Shown: one piece after another, positions 33,015-42,425 of the stretch
Layout: each line of letters starts with the position of its first letter
How positions within the stretch are numbered: the stretch's first letter is position 1
DNA from: an uncultured Candidatus Binatia bacterium
Lineage (GTDB): Bacteria > Desulfobacterota > Binatia > Bin18 > CBDCRK01
Direction of reading: 5' to 3'
Assembly: GCA_965220955.1 (NCBI GenBank)
Contig: CBDCRK010000011.1
Span: 26,773-90,772, forward strand
Length of the DNA stretch: 64,000 nucleotides
Notes under the pieces: model-generated
What the model was told of the DNA's origin: nothing
The model's database searches: none
Seen by the model: only the letters and a program-made list of their open reading frames with translations
Translations under genes and position numbers: made by a program

Positions 33015-33980
33015 CTACTCCACGGTTTCGTATGCGGTCGGCAGGTTATCCGGCTGGTAGTCGTTCTTAGGATTGTCCCGGCGCTTGAATACGCCTTTGT
33101 GGATCTTCGCTCCTGCCGGGATCTTGCGGACCTCTTCGCCGCGAAAAATCCAGAAACCCGTAAACGACTGGTGCAACTTGTCATGTGGGTTGCCTACGCG
33201 ATCCGCAAGCCTATCCTCTTCTACCCGCATCCCGCACGCTACCGCCTTGCCGAGCATCCAATGCAAGGCGATGTTCGACAACCCGCGTTCGCTGTACCCG
33301 CCGCCTACGTCCGCATGGACGCCCGCGAACCAGACCTGCTCAAGGGTCTGATTCGTCCCTACCCTGCGCTCGTCCCAGAGAAAAGGCGGAAAATCGTTTC
33401 GCTTCTCGTCTATGGCCAGGGCGTGGAAGCCGTGGACAACCTCGGGGTTGAGCCGCGCGTCATGAAAACGCTTGCCCGCGTTCAGTGCCAACGACGCTAC
33501 GGTGTCCCACACGCCGATGAAGTGGACCGGACAGGCACGGCCGAACGTCTTGCGGAAGCCGCGCGCAAGGTCGGTGTTTTTGGGGGTGTTGTAAACCTTC
33601 GAGGCGTATTCGACAAGGTTCCCGGCGTCCGCGCGGAGCAGTCCGCATTTGTAAAGCATCCCGGCCAGCGAACGCACGGTGAACGCGCCACGGCTGAACC
33701 CGAACAGATACACGCGATCTCCGCTTTCGTAACAGCCCATCAGGTAGCGATAGGCGTCCTCGACGTTTTTCTGGAGCCCGTAGCCGGTCGCTTGGTCGGC
33801 CAGGGATGTCAGTTTTCCACTCTCTTCGTGGTATTCCCAGCCGCCCGTGCCTACGCCCGGGTCGTAGTACGCGACCTGGGACGCGTCTTTTACGGCCAGA
33901 TCGTAGGTTTCCACAACGTTCGTGTTGTTGCGTCCGTATTCGTTGCCGGTTCCGTCGCAGCAAACGACGATGTTCTTCAT
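33015..33980 (-). CDS. DUF2235 alpha/beta-hydrolase (T6SS Tle1 phospholipase-like catalytic domain) protein
   Basis: VVCCDGTGN, GxSxG-like LFGFSRGAFTVRSLAGM, GVWDTV and HADVGGGY motifs. The opposite-strand 355-aa ORF is antisense noise. Confidence 0.75.
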   Translation of the reverse strand: MKNIVVCCDGTGNEYGRNNTNVVETYDLAVKDASQVAYYDPGVGTGGWEYHEESGKLTSLADQATGYGLQKNVEDAYRYLMGCYESGDRVYLFGFSRGAFTVRSLAGMLYKCGLLRADAGNLVEYASKVYNTPKNTDLARGFRKTFGRACPVHFIGVWDTVASLALNAGKRFHDARLNPEVVHGFHALAIDEKRNDFPPFLWDERRVGTNQTLEQVWFAGVHADVGGGYSERGLSNIALHWMLGKAVACGMRVEEDRLADRVGNPHDKLHQSFTGFWIFRGEEVRKIPAGAKIHKGVFKRRDNPKNDYQPDNLPTAYETVE

Positions 33981-34139
33981 ACAATTCTCTTGGATTAGCA
34001 AGACTGTCGGATTGCGCTACGCTAATCCGACCTATGGGCTGCCGGTAGTCCATCTCGTATAGCGTGTTCTCAATGTCAAGACTACTATAATGCCGGCTTA
34101 TAGCATCTTTCATTTGGGTAGGCGTCTGTTGATGATCCT

Positions 34140-34310
34140 GCTCCCTGTTTTGTAGGGGCGATCCTGTCGGCCATCCTGGCCGCGTGATCGCCCACTGTGC
34201 AAGGTCGCGGGCGGGCCGGCGAATACGAGATTCGCCCCTACGCTTTGTGGTGATAGGAAAGCGCAACCTTTCTCAAATTCTGATGTCCACTCAAGTGCAA
34301 ACCGCTATAG
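34140..34310. repeat. Diverged, inverted relative of the 166-bp MITE fused to copy 2 of the 100-bp repeat (perfect GGCGAATACGAGATTCGCC palindrome at 34218-34236)
   Basis: The reverse complement reads ...GTAGGGGCGAATCTCGTATTCGCC...GGGCGATCAC...CGCCCCTACA..., matching the MITE motif order. 34216-34310 is about 90% identical to 26165-26266. Confidence 0.45.
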
Positions 34311-34477
34311 CCCGCGGTGGGGAAATTGAACCATGCTACTGTCTGGCTCGAAGGCTTCGGCCGATGCCTCTGCGATGCAGACCGATCGCATCCCCGTGGG
34401 TATCTATTGCAGCGCTGCTGTTGAAAGAAAGGCCGATATGGTCTATATTGGACCAATTCTTATTTGGAGGCTGGATC

Positions 34478-34756
34478 ATGAGCCGTTCTACACCCTGCCA
34501 GACCTGGACCGTTGCCGAGGCCAAGGCTCGCCTTTCCGAGATCTTGCGTCTCGCCGAAGAGGAGGGGCCTCAACATATCGGCAAACGTAAGTCCTTCGTG
34601 GTAGTCCCCGCGCACGTATGGGCCGAGAAGCAGTCGCAGCGCAAACCCATGGGCCAGTGGCTGATAGACAACATACCCCGGGGCGTGAATCTTGATATTC
34701 CTAGCCGTCGCGAGCCCGGGCGCGAGGTTCCGTTCAACAACGGCGATATAGAGTGA
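34478..34756 (+). CDS. Phd/YefM-family type II antitoxin
   Basis: WTVAEAKARLSEILRLAEEEGPQHIGKRKSFVVVP pattern. GGAGG RBS. 4-bp overlap with the downstream PIN gene. Confidence 0.7.
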   Translation: MSRSTPCQTWTVAEAKARLSEILRLAEEEGPQHIGKRKSFVVVPAHVWAEKQSQRKPMGQWLIDNIPRGVNLDIPSRREPGREVPFNNGDIE

Positions 34757-35172
34757 GCGGCTTCCTTCTCGACACTAACGTTGTTTCGGAGTTGACAAAG
34801 GATGCGCCGGACTCGCGGGTTGTTGAGTTCCTTGCCGCTCACGACGACCTATGGCTGTCGACTATCGTCCTGCATGAGCTGGACTTTGGCTTGAATCTGC
34901 TCCCGCTGGGGCGACGCCGCAACCGCATAAGGGCTGCGTTGTTGGCATTCGTCATGGAGTACGAGGACCGAATCCTGGCGGTGGACCGTCCAGAAGCTGA
35001 GCAGGCAGCTACTCTGAGGGCGCAAGCACATCGATCCGGCCGTGTCCTGCATCTGGGCGATGCGCTGATCGCCGGGACGGCCAAGACGCATAATCTCGCT
35101 GTTGCGACGAGGAACGTGGTGGACTTCGATGGTTTGGACGTCGCCGTTACCAACCCTTGGGAGGCAATGTGA
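34753..35172 (+). CDS. vapC: VapC-family PIN-domain toxin (GTG start)
   Basis: LLDTNVVSEL ... conserved acidic residues (D6, E, D at LGDALIAGTA, D near the C-terminus) of PIN RNases. Confidence 0.75.
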   Translation: MSGFLLDTNVVSELTKDAPDSRVVEFLAAHDDLWLSTIVLHELDFGLNLLPLGRRRNRIRAALLAFVMEYEDRILAVDRPEAEQAATLRAQAHRSGRVLHLGDALIAGTAKTHNLAVATRNVVDFDGLDVAVTNPWEAM

Positions 35173-35209
35173 AAGGCGTCATCGAATCCACTGTGGAAAA
35201 AACTATAAA

Positions 35210-35683
35210 TCAGTCAGAATTTTCCAATGAAGCGCGCGCCCTGCTTGTCGTTTCCTCAACCGCGACACTCGTAGAAATAGAATAGATATGAATATCAGGA
35301 TGCTCCCGGCAAAAAATTCGGAAAATTTCATCCGCAAAAGCCCGCCCGATAAACGGTACCCCGGAAAAATCCAGTACGATTTCCTTGAATTTATCAAAGC
35401 GAGCCAGGACTCTTCTTGCCTGCGAACGGGAAACTAACTGTTCATTGCCGTATTGTGCAAGCTTGACCGGGACCAGGGTGCGAGAAAAGCCGTACTCTCC
35501 CTCTCCGGAAGTGTAGGCGTCAAACACCTCCGTGGTCGTTCTTTGCGAATAGATACCCATCTTCATGCTGACATAGGTTCCTGGTGATGGTTGCCGCTCT
35601 TCCGACTCTATGAGCCAGTCTTGTCTGTCGGTGCTCGCACTGAAAAAGAGACCGCCCGACAAAATACTGAATTTGTCGAACAT
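35210..35683 (-). CDS. Hypothetical protein with a C-terminal DUF4325-like (STAS-like) domain; standalone
   Basis: SRSQARRVLARFDKFKEIVLDFSGVPFIGRAFADEIFRIF resembles the DUF4325 consensus. The N-terminal 80 aa is unassigned. Confidence 0.4.
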   Translation of the reverse strand: MFDKFSILSGGLFFSASTDRQDWLIESEERQPSPGTYVSMKMGIYSQRTTTEVFDAYTSGEGEYGFSRTLVPVKLAQYGNEQLVSRSQARRVLARFDKFKEIVLDFSGVPFIGRAFADEIFRIFCREHPDIHIYSISTSVAVEETTSRARASLENSD

Positions 35684-35709
35684 CCGCGAAGTAAAAAATA
35701 TACCTTACC

Positions 35710-35766
35710 TTGACAATAAAGTGATTGATAAATATTATCTGACTATGGTCATAACTACGGTCATAA
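35710..35766 (+). promoter_or_regulatory. Near-consensus sigma70 promoter (TTGACA-17-TATTAT) plus tandem direct-repeat operator (GGTCATAA x2) and AAGGAG RBS, upstream of the Phd/VapC operon at 35787
   Basis: -35 at 35710-35715, -10 at 35733-35738, direct repeats at 35747-35754 and 35759-35766. Confidence 0.5.
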
Positions 35767-35786
35767 TATTCAAATAAGGAGAAGGA

Positions 35787-36020
35787 ATGCCTTCCATTTC
35801 AAAAAGTAAATTGAAAGCCAATATGCTGCGGATCTTTCGCAATATTGAGGAAACCGGCGAAGAATTGATCGTTACAGATCACAATCGCCCCGTTTTACGC
35901 ATTCAGCCTATTGCCCAGAAAAAGACCGTGGAAGAGGTGTTCGGCACCATTCAGGGCAAAGTCATCTACCGCGAAGACATCAATACACCGACCACCGACG
36001 AATGGGGAGAGCTGAGATGA
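35787..36020 (+). CDS. Phd/YefM-family type II antitoxin
   Basis: KANMLRIFRNIEETGEELIVTDHNRPVLRIQPI pattern. Overlaps the downstream PIN gene. Confidence 0.65.
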   Translation: MPSISKSKLKANMLRIFRNIEETGEELIVTDHNRPVLRIQPIAQKKTVEEVFGTIQGKVIYREDINTPTTDEWGELR

Positions 36021-36397
36021 TTGTTCTGGACACTTCAGCCCTCATCTTCTGGACCCTGGATCAAGAGCGGCTGTCTCAAACCGCGGCACAAGCAATCTCA
36101 GACGCCGACCGCATTGCCCTCAGCTCCATCTCTATCTGGGAAATCGGCATCAAAATGCAAAAAGAAAAACTCTTCATACCGGTCTCCATCCAGGAATTCA
36201 CGGATAAACTGGAACAAATCGACCGCCTCGATATTCTCCCTATAGACGTCCAGACCTGGATCAAAAACCTCGAACTCAACTGGGATCACCGCGACCCTGC
36301 CGACCGCACCATTGTTGCTACTGCCAGTCTGCACGCCTGCGCGCTCGTTACCTCCGATTCTGCTATCCGGGCATTTTATTCACAGACAATTTGGTAA
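36017..36397 (+). CDS. vapC: VapC-family PIN-domain toxin
   Basis: MIVLDTSALIFW ... SIWEIGIK ... VATASLHACALVTSD PIN motifs. Confidence 0.7.
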   Translation: MIVLDTSALIFWTLDQERLSQTAAQAISDADRIALSSISIWEIGIKMQKEKLFIPVSIQEFTDKLEQIDRLDILPIDVQTWIKNLELNWDHRDPADRTIVATASLHACALVTSDSAIRAFYSQTIW

Positions 36398-36422
36398 GAG
36401 ATTTGTTTACCTTCAGACTTTC

Positions 36423-36806
36423 TTACACGGCTCTGCCTGACGTGTGCGATGAGGTCACTGTGACCTCGTAGCTATCTGGCCCCATAATGGTAAACCAACG
36501 GTGGACTACCCCGGTTTCAATCTCAGAAGGATTCATATCCATATCCGCATACTCTTGCCGGGCTGCCATAATATCGTCCACCATCAAATCAAAGGGCGCC
36601 TTGGTCCTGGGCACAATGGGTTCTTCAGCCGGTCTCAGCACCAGGTGCGTCCCTCCCCGTAACTCTAGAACAGCTATGGTTTCGGTCTGATGGATATGCC
36701 GTAGCCCAAGCCTGACAAAATAGTCAGTAGCCGGGGCAATATCGCTCACCCGTAAGCTCACATGGCCAACGGCCACCAGCGGGCGGGCTTGAGCTTCTTT
36801 TGCCAT
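36423..36806 (-). CDS. VOC-family (glyoxalase/bleomycin-resistance fold) protein
   Basis: VGHVSLRVSDIAPATDYFVRLGL...HLVL pattern. Confidence 0.65.
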   Translation of the reverse strand: MAKEAQARPLVAVGHVSLRVSDIAPATDYFVRLGLRHIHQTETIAVLELRGGTHLVLRPAEEPIVPRTKAPFDLMVDDIMAARQEYADMDMNPSEIETGVVHRWFTIMGPDSYEVTVTSSHTSGRAV

Positions 36807-36952
36807 AAGGGCCTCCTTTCTGCACAGGTGACTATGTTAGAGAGCTTAGCAAATAGTCCGTTAGAATCAACCATTGATCTATTGCTTTTTAATAACCAAT
36901 GCTGTTTTATTGGGATTTGCGTAACCAAAGAGTTGTGGTCTGGATGCAGCCA

Positions 36953-37006
36953 AGCGTAATCCAGGCGTAATCCCGTAATCCAGGCGTAATCCAGGCGTAA
37001 TCCAGG
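36953..37006. repeat. 11-bp tandem repeat (GCGTAATCCAG, about 5 units) in an intergenic region
   Basis: Seen directly. Confidence 0.8.
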
Positions 37007-37132
37007 AATGTTTGCCTTCAGTCTTGTTGCCCCGGATTCCGCGCTGCTTCATCCGGGCTACTGAGAGCTTGCCAACACAATGAGTGTCTTCTAGATTCTG
37101 CTTCCCAATTTCTTATGGAGGGATCTATACAT

Positions 37133-38149
37133 ATGCAGCTGTCTGAAGAAAGCAGGCTTCAGTTTACCCCTGATTTGCACATTTGTCGCCTATTAAACGG
37201 CATGTGGCAGGTCTCTGGCGGCCATGGGTCTATTGACCCTAAGGCAGCCATTCAGAACATGTTTGACTACCTCAAGGCGGGCTTTACCACTTGGGACCTG
37301 GCGGACCATTATGGTCCGGCGGAGGATTTTATTGGTGAATTCAGGCGCCAAGTGGCAGCCTTGCATGGGACAGAGGCACTCTCTGGCTTCCAGGCCTTTA
37401 CCAAGTGGGTTCCTCGGCCCGGGCGCATGACACGGCAGATTGTTGAGGAAAACATTGCCATATCGTTGCGGCGGATGGAGGTTGAGACCATCGATCTACT
37501 GCAGTTCCACTGGTGGGAATACCGCAATGCCAATTATCTTGATGCCCTTGCCCATTTGTCTGATCTCCGGAACGCAGGCAAGGTCCGGCATCTGGGTCTG
37601 ACCAACTTTGATACCGAGCACCTAAAGGTTATTACTGAGAACGGGATCAAGGTGGTGTCCAATCAGGTGCAGTTTTCCTTGATTGACCTACGGCCCGAAG
37701 TGCAAATGATTCCGTTCTGCCGGGAGCACAATGTCCAGCTCCTTACCTATGGGACCTTCTGCGGCGGCCTGTTGTCCGAGAAATACCTGGGACAACCTGA
37801 GCCTGGGTATAGAATGCTAAACACGGCTAGCCTGCGCAAATATAAACAGATGGTGGACGCTTGGGGTGGTTGGGGTTTGTTTCAAGAGCTGCTCGGGGTG
37901 CTCAAGGATATTGCCAACAAGCACAAAGTAAGTATTGCCAATGTGGCTGTACGGTACATTCTGGACCGACCAACGGTAGCCGGAGTCATTGTTGGTGTGC
38001 GGCTAGGCGTCACAGACCACCGGGAGGACAATGCTCGTGTGTTTGATTTCACACTTGACCCCGAGGATCATAAGCGAATACAGGCCGTCCTAGACAAGTC
38101 GCAGGATCTATATCGACTCATTGGTGACTGCGGCGATGAGTATAGATAA
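37133..38149 (+). CDS. Aldo/keto reductase family oxidoreductase
   Basis: GTWDLADHYG, LGLTNF and AKR TIM-barrel pattern. Confidence 0.8.
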   Translation: MQLSEESRLQFTPDLHICRLLNGMWQVSGGHGSIDPKAAIQNMFDYLKAGFTTWDLADHYGPAEDFIGEFRRQVAALHGTEALSGFQAFTKWVPRPGRMTRQIVEENIAISLRRMEVETIDLLQFHWWEYRNANYLDALAHLSDLRNAGKVRHLGLTNFDTEHLKVITENGIKVVSNQVQFSLIDLRPEVQMIPFCREHNVQLLTYGTFCGGLLSEKYLGQPEPGYRMLNTASLRKYKQMVDAWGGWGLFQELLGVLKDIANKHKVSIANVAVRYILDRPTVAGVIVGVRLGVTDHREDNARVFDFTLDPEDHKRIQAVLDKSQDLYRLIGDCGDEYR

Positions 38150-38257
38150 TAATACTGCCAGGAATACTGCCCAGGTTCGCGCCTCGGAGCCATATAGTAA
38201 CAGTTGGTCACGGGGTTTGTCTGGCACGGCCACAAATGACACTGCTATAGCGGTCTC

Positions 38258-39208
38258 ATGAAGGTTGGGGTGCTCCTTATTGTGATCGCGGCTGGGAGCC
38301 TGCTCTTTGCCAGCACTGCCCTAGCCGACCTATGCCGCAACTGGAGCCAGGGTACGGTAACCGGCACCTTGGACCATACGATTATCCGTGAGGCCAGCGG
38401 CTTGGCGGCTTCCAGAAAGTTTCCCAATAGACTTTATCACATCAATGATTCGGGTGGTGGTCCATTTTTTTATATCACCGACATTCATGGCAACCATACC
38501 CAGTCGGTGCGGATCAAAGGTTTTGATGCCAGTTATGCCGATTTTGAGGACCTTGGTATTGGGCCGTGCTCGCCTGACAAATCCTGTCTTTTTATTGGCG
38601 ATATAGGGGATAACCATACGGCCAGAGAGACAATCCAGATACTTGTTATTGAGGAAAAGGGTGAGTATGCTGGGCCCGTTGCTCCTTTGTACAGGGTGAC
38701 TCTTACCTATCCAGATCGGCCTCATAATGCAGAGGGGATGGCTATACATCCAAACGGGGATATCTATATTCTGACAAAAGAGGCTGATCTTGGGCAGTGG
38801 CGGACCTTTCCGGCAAAGCTATTTAAGCTGGAGCGCGAGAAGTGGAGAAATAGCCAAGACCGTGTTCAGTCCCTCACCCTGGTGGGGGAGATTGATTTTC
38901 CCTACCTGGCTGCTTTTCATTCCAATTTTCTGGGCCTTATTGTCACCGCATTTGACATTGCGCCTAGTGGCGCCAAATTCTTGGCCTTAACCTATCAGCA
39001 CGCCTTTGAGTTTCGCCTTGATCTGGCAACCTCCGCCCTGAAGTCCAGTGACGAACTTAAAGAAGGGCAGGACTACCATCTCATCAAATTAAGGTCATTA
39101 CCCCAACAGGAAGCCATTACCTACCAGCCCAATACCAAAAGTTTCATTTACAATACCGAACTGCGGGGGGCCAAGGTCGAGCTGATTCGCGTTGATTGTC
39201 TGGACTAA
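38258..39208 (+). CDS. Secreted hypothetical protein (signal peptide), possibly a beta-propeller esterase/phytase-like fold
   Basis: N-terminal signal MKVGVLLIVIAAGSLLFASTALA. Repeated ASGL/IGDIGDN-type motifs. Family not confidently assigned. Confidence 0.45.
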   Translation: MKVGVLLIVIAAGSLLFASTALADLCRNWSQGTVTGTLDHTIIREASGLAASRKFPNRLYHINDSGGGPFFYITDIHGNHTQSVRIKGFDASYADFEDLGIGPCSPDKSCLFIGDIGDNHTARETIQILVIEEKGEYAGPVAPLYRVTLTYPDRPHNAEGMAIHPNGDIYILTKEADLGQWRTFPAKLFKLEREKWRNSQDRVQSLTLVGEIDFPYLAAFHSNFLGLIVTAFDIAPSGAKFLALTYQHAFEFRLDLATSALKSSDELKEGQDYHLIKLRSLPQQEAITYQPNTKSFIYNTELRGAKVELIRVDCLD

Positions 39209-39233
39209 ACTGTAGAGAAGCAGAGGTTTTCAG

Positions 39234-39261
39234 GAAGGACGGTTCTTAGGGCTTGTCCTTC
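39234..39261. terminator. Hairpin (GAAGGAC-N14-GTCCTTC) between convergent genes, followed by another CCCTCC..GGAGGG REP-like palindrome (39270-39296)
   Basis: Seen directly. Confidence 0.3.
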
Positions 39262-39364
39262 TGTTTGTTCCCTCCCCATCGAGTGAGGAGGGTGAAAATC
39301 CTGGGCCTAACGCGACCCTGTTTGTTTCCTTCGTTCTTTGATTTGCCTTCACAGTACCCAGTCA

Positions 39365-40069
39365 TCAATCACTATCGGCAAGCGACATAAGAATGTGCAG
39401 TACATACCAAAACAACAACGCTACCGAGGCAAAAAGAGCCAACGCGGCCGCAACATGTTGACCGGTGTGATAGTGATGAATAATATTCGAGGTAGTATAT
39501 AGGATAGCACCAGCCGCATAAGCAACCATAATCCCCGCAAAGAAAATTCCCAGGCTGAGACCGAACATAATACCGGCTACAATGATCCCCAGAGCCACAA
39601 AGCCTCCTAGTGACAAAATACCGCGGAGAAAGGAAAAATCCTTTTTGGTTGTGAAGGCAGTATAGGTCAGGCCTACAAATAAAAGTCCGGTCATGATCCC
39701 GGCTGTGGGAATAACGTCAGGCGAGCTAAAATTCGCCGCAGTATAAAGCAATGGCAAGAAAATAACAGCATCTGCCACAACATAAAGGCCAAGTCCCAAA
39801 TACTGCATTTGGGGCGATGTATCTGAACGAGCCCAGCTATCTGCCAGCCAGGAAACGGCCATAAAAGCCCCAAGCACTATTAGCCAGGAGTAGCCACCCA
39901 CCATTATACGGACAAGTCCCTCCGCCCCGGACCACTGAAGTAAGAGAGTCTCCACACCAATGAAGCCAAGAATGGCAAACGCCAAATGGTTGTAGGTCTG
40001 ACGGATAAACTCAGCACGGGCGCTAGCCCCAGCATAAGCTACGGTGTCTGAATACGTTGCTGCGTTCAT
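39365..40069 (-). CDS. Bax inhibitor-1/YccA-family membrane protein
   Basis: 7-TM profile with the characteristic C-terminal region of the BI-1 family. Confidence 0.8.
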   Translation of the reverse strand: MNAATYSDTVAYAGASARAEFIRQTYNHLAFAILGFIGVETLLLQWSGAEGLVRIMVGGYSWLIVLGAFMAVSWLADSWARSDTSPQMQYLGLGLYVVADAVIFLPLLYTAANFSSPDVIPTAGIMTGLLFVGLTYTAFTTKKDFSFLRGILSLGGFVALGIIVAGIMFGLSLGIFFAGIMVAYAAGAILYTTSNIIHHYHTGQHVAAALALFASVALLFWYVLHILMSLADSD

Positions 40070-40157
40070 TTATATATACCTCCATTGTCCAAAATGGTAA
40101 TTGCCTCTCTTTCCCTTGTCAAGGCAAAAAATCTAGTTTTGAGCGCCAAAAAGTAGG

Positions 40158-40221
40158 TGAGGCTAGTGGTCTGATCACTAGCCTCATCATCCTACAGGAG
40201 AAGACACTACAGGAGAAGACA
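40158..40221. promoter_or_regulatory. Strong hairpin (TGAGGCTAGTG-GTCTGATC-ACTAGCCTCA) followed by a perfect 15-bp tandem duplication (CTACAGGAGAAGACA x2) in a divergent promoter region
   Basis: Seen directly. Function unknown. Confidence 0.3.
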
Positions 40222-40441
40222 TTTTATCAAATTTCCAGACACGACCCTATTCTTTCCTTCCTGAAGCTCAGCAGAGTATGGCTTCTTGCCTATCTTGACC
40301 TAGGGGTGAAATCAGGCTAGTCCTGCCGCACCTAGAGGCAATCGTGATACGTGCCGTGGGCAGGCTTGGTCAGGACGAGTATCTTGTATACGACCCCAAG
40401 GCGTACTCCGCACACGACTAAAAACAGGAGGAACGAGTCCT

Positions 40442-41239
40442 ATGATAATGGCCAATGCGTTTCGCGAGAAACTAACCCAAGGAAAACCAACTATGGGTAC
40501 GCACTATCTCTCAGCCGATCCAGACCTCCCTGAGATCATTGGAGATACTGGTTTATTCGACTACGGCGAATTTTGTGCTGAATACTCCGCTTTTGATATG
40601 CACTTACTCTACCACATGGCGCGTTCCGGCCAGTGTGGTAACTTACCCCTCATGATAAAGCCCGATCAGAAAAGCCAAGCCTATTGGGCTCAAGCTGCCC
40701 TTGGTGCTGGGTTTAAAGCAGTACTTTTTACGGATGTACGTACAGTAGAGGATGTTCGGCTGTGCCATCAAGCTATTAGAGCAGATAACCCTGATATAGG
40801 CGGGCATATGGGCGTCAAACTTCGTCGCCCTGCATTAGCTGGTTACAATCCTGAGGGCTACCTTGAAGATCTTAATTCGGTTGTGTTTTTGATCATGATT
40901 GAGAAAAACATCACCGTTGATAACATTGATGAGATTCTAAATGCGGCAAACGAAAAAGGTGTTGACATGAGCCAATGGGGACCAGCCGATTTTGGCTTCT
41001 CCAGAGGCGAACCAAGTCTTATGTATACACCGAAGATACAGCCGTTTGAAGAACTTGTCATCAAAAAGTCAATAGAATATGGTGTTTCTCCACGGATCGA
41101 AATTGGCGAGGTTGAGCAGGCAAAACGCTACATTCAACTGGGCGTACAACACTTCTGTATTGGCTGGGACCGATTCATATATCAAGCAAACTTAATGAAG
41201 CTTGGCGAAGGACTGCGAAAAATCATTGAAACTCTCTAA
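40442..41239 (+). CDS. HpcH/HpaI aldolase / citrate-lyase beta-like family enzyme (gene is AT-richer than its surroundings)
   Basis: Overall HpcH/HpaI TIM-barrel pattern. AGGAGG RBS. Confidence 0.7.
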   Translation: MIMANAFREKLTQGKPTMGTHYLSADPDLPEIIGDTGLFDYGEFCAEYSAFDMHLLYHMARSGQCGNLPLMIKPDQKSQAYWAQAALGAGFKAVLFTDVRTVEDVRLCHQAIRADNPDIGGHMGVKLRRPALAGYNPEGYLEDLNSVVFLIMIEKNITVDNIDEILNAANEKGVDMSQWGPADFGFSRGEPSLMYTPKIQPFEELVIKKSIEYGVSPRIEIGEVEQAKRYIQLGVQHFCIGWDRFIYQANLMKLGEGLRKIIETL

Positions 41240-41582
41240 TATTATTGCAATTGATATGGGTCTAATTTCCCTTAGTTCTGTCTCGAACCCCAGGGAGATA
41301 ATAGGGCTAGAGGGAAAGCGGCCAAAAGCTTTGAAGACTCGCCACAAAAGATCAGTGACAAACTGCGCCAGCTGAGTTACAGCATGGTTGCTCTTCGTCT
41401 ATGTGATGAGGCCATGCGCCTCTGGGGGTCAATGCTGACTGGTAGTGCACCCCCAGACCATGCTCAGGGTCTCCAGGCCATTCTGTAAGCGCCGCCAGTT
41501 GTTTCTTCCCTGGTCACTACACGGTATAATCTTCACCCTTGTCCTTTTCTTGGGAGTAAGAGGCTATAATCCGGAGGATCTC

Positions 41583-42416
41583 ATGGCTAAGGATTCTGTT
41601 GGTAGTCAGCATATAGGCAGCGGTCCGCTAAGCAGCGGTCCGCTAAGCAGCGGTCCTCAGTCTGCCAGCTTGCCGGAGCCGTCTTTTGCCGAGCGTGCTC
41701 GTACCCTTACGTACCTCGGCCTCACTGGCACGCTTGCGACCGTGTCGTGTAAACATTCCGGCTGGCCATTCGGCTCGGTGATGCCTTATAGCCTTGACGC
41801 CTACGGCCGACCGGTGTTCCTGATCAGTCGTATGGCCGTACATACGCAGAACCTGCGCAAAGACCCTCGTGCGAGTTTACTGGTAAGGCAGCCGGGCTGG
41901 ACTGGCGATCCGTTAGCTGGCGCGCGTGTGACCCTGATGGGACAGGTAGCCGAGCTAGCAACTACCGACCTGGAGCCAATACGGACCGCATACCTGGCGC
42001 GTCATGAGAACGCTGCAGCCTGGGTAGACTTCGACGATTTTGACTTTTACCGACTGGAGGTCACGGACGTATATTATGTGGGCGGTTTTGGCGCCATGGG
42101 CTGGGTGCTGGCTGCGGACTACACCGTGGCCGAGCCTGACCCCCTGGCGGATGCGGCCCCAGGGATTATTGACCACATGAACCAGGATCATGCTGATGCC
42201 TTGCGTCTGTTCTGTCGGGTGTATGCTGGTGTTAGGGCTGATGAGGCCGTGATGATGTCGGTAGATCGCCTGGGCTTTCGTGTCCGTGTGCGTACCGGTG
42301 AGCGGATGCACGGAGTACGCCTGGCGTTTCCCCGCGAGGCACGCAATGTCCAAGATGCCCGAACCGTGCTGGTAGCAATGGCACGAGAGGCGCGGGAAAA
42401 AGAGGAAAAAACATAG
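41583..42416 (+). CDS. Pyridoxamine 5'-phosphate oxidase-like FMN-binding split-barrel protein with DUF2470-like C-terminus (HugZ/CREG-like). Start at MAKDSV
   Basis: Split-barrel pattern. N-terminal (GPLSS)x3 encoded by a 15-bp tandem repeat at 41618-41657. Confidence 0.55.
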   Translation: MAKDSVGSQHIGSGPLSSGPLSSGPQSASLPEPSFAERARTLTYLGLTGTLATVSCKHSGWPFGSVMPYSLDAYGRPVFLISRMAVHTQNLRKDPRASLLVRQPGWTGDPLAGARVTLMGQVAELATTDLEPIRTAYLARHENAAAWVDFDDFDFYRLEVTDVYYVGGFGAMGWVLAADYTVAEPDPLADAAPGIIDHMNQDHADALRLFCRVYAGVRADEAVMMSVDRLGFRVRVRTGERMHGVRLAFPREARNVQDARTVLVAMAREAREKEEKT

Positions 42417-42425
42417 CAATCCATA

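Noticed and set aside
32931-33998. 355-aa plus-strand ORF (and 33460-34266 minus-strand ORF)
   Set aside because: The opposite strand encodes a well-supported DUF2235 hydrolase. These are shadow ORFs.
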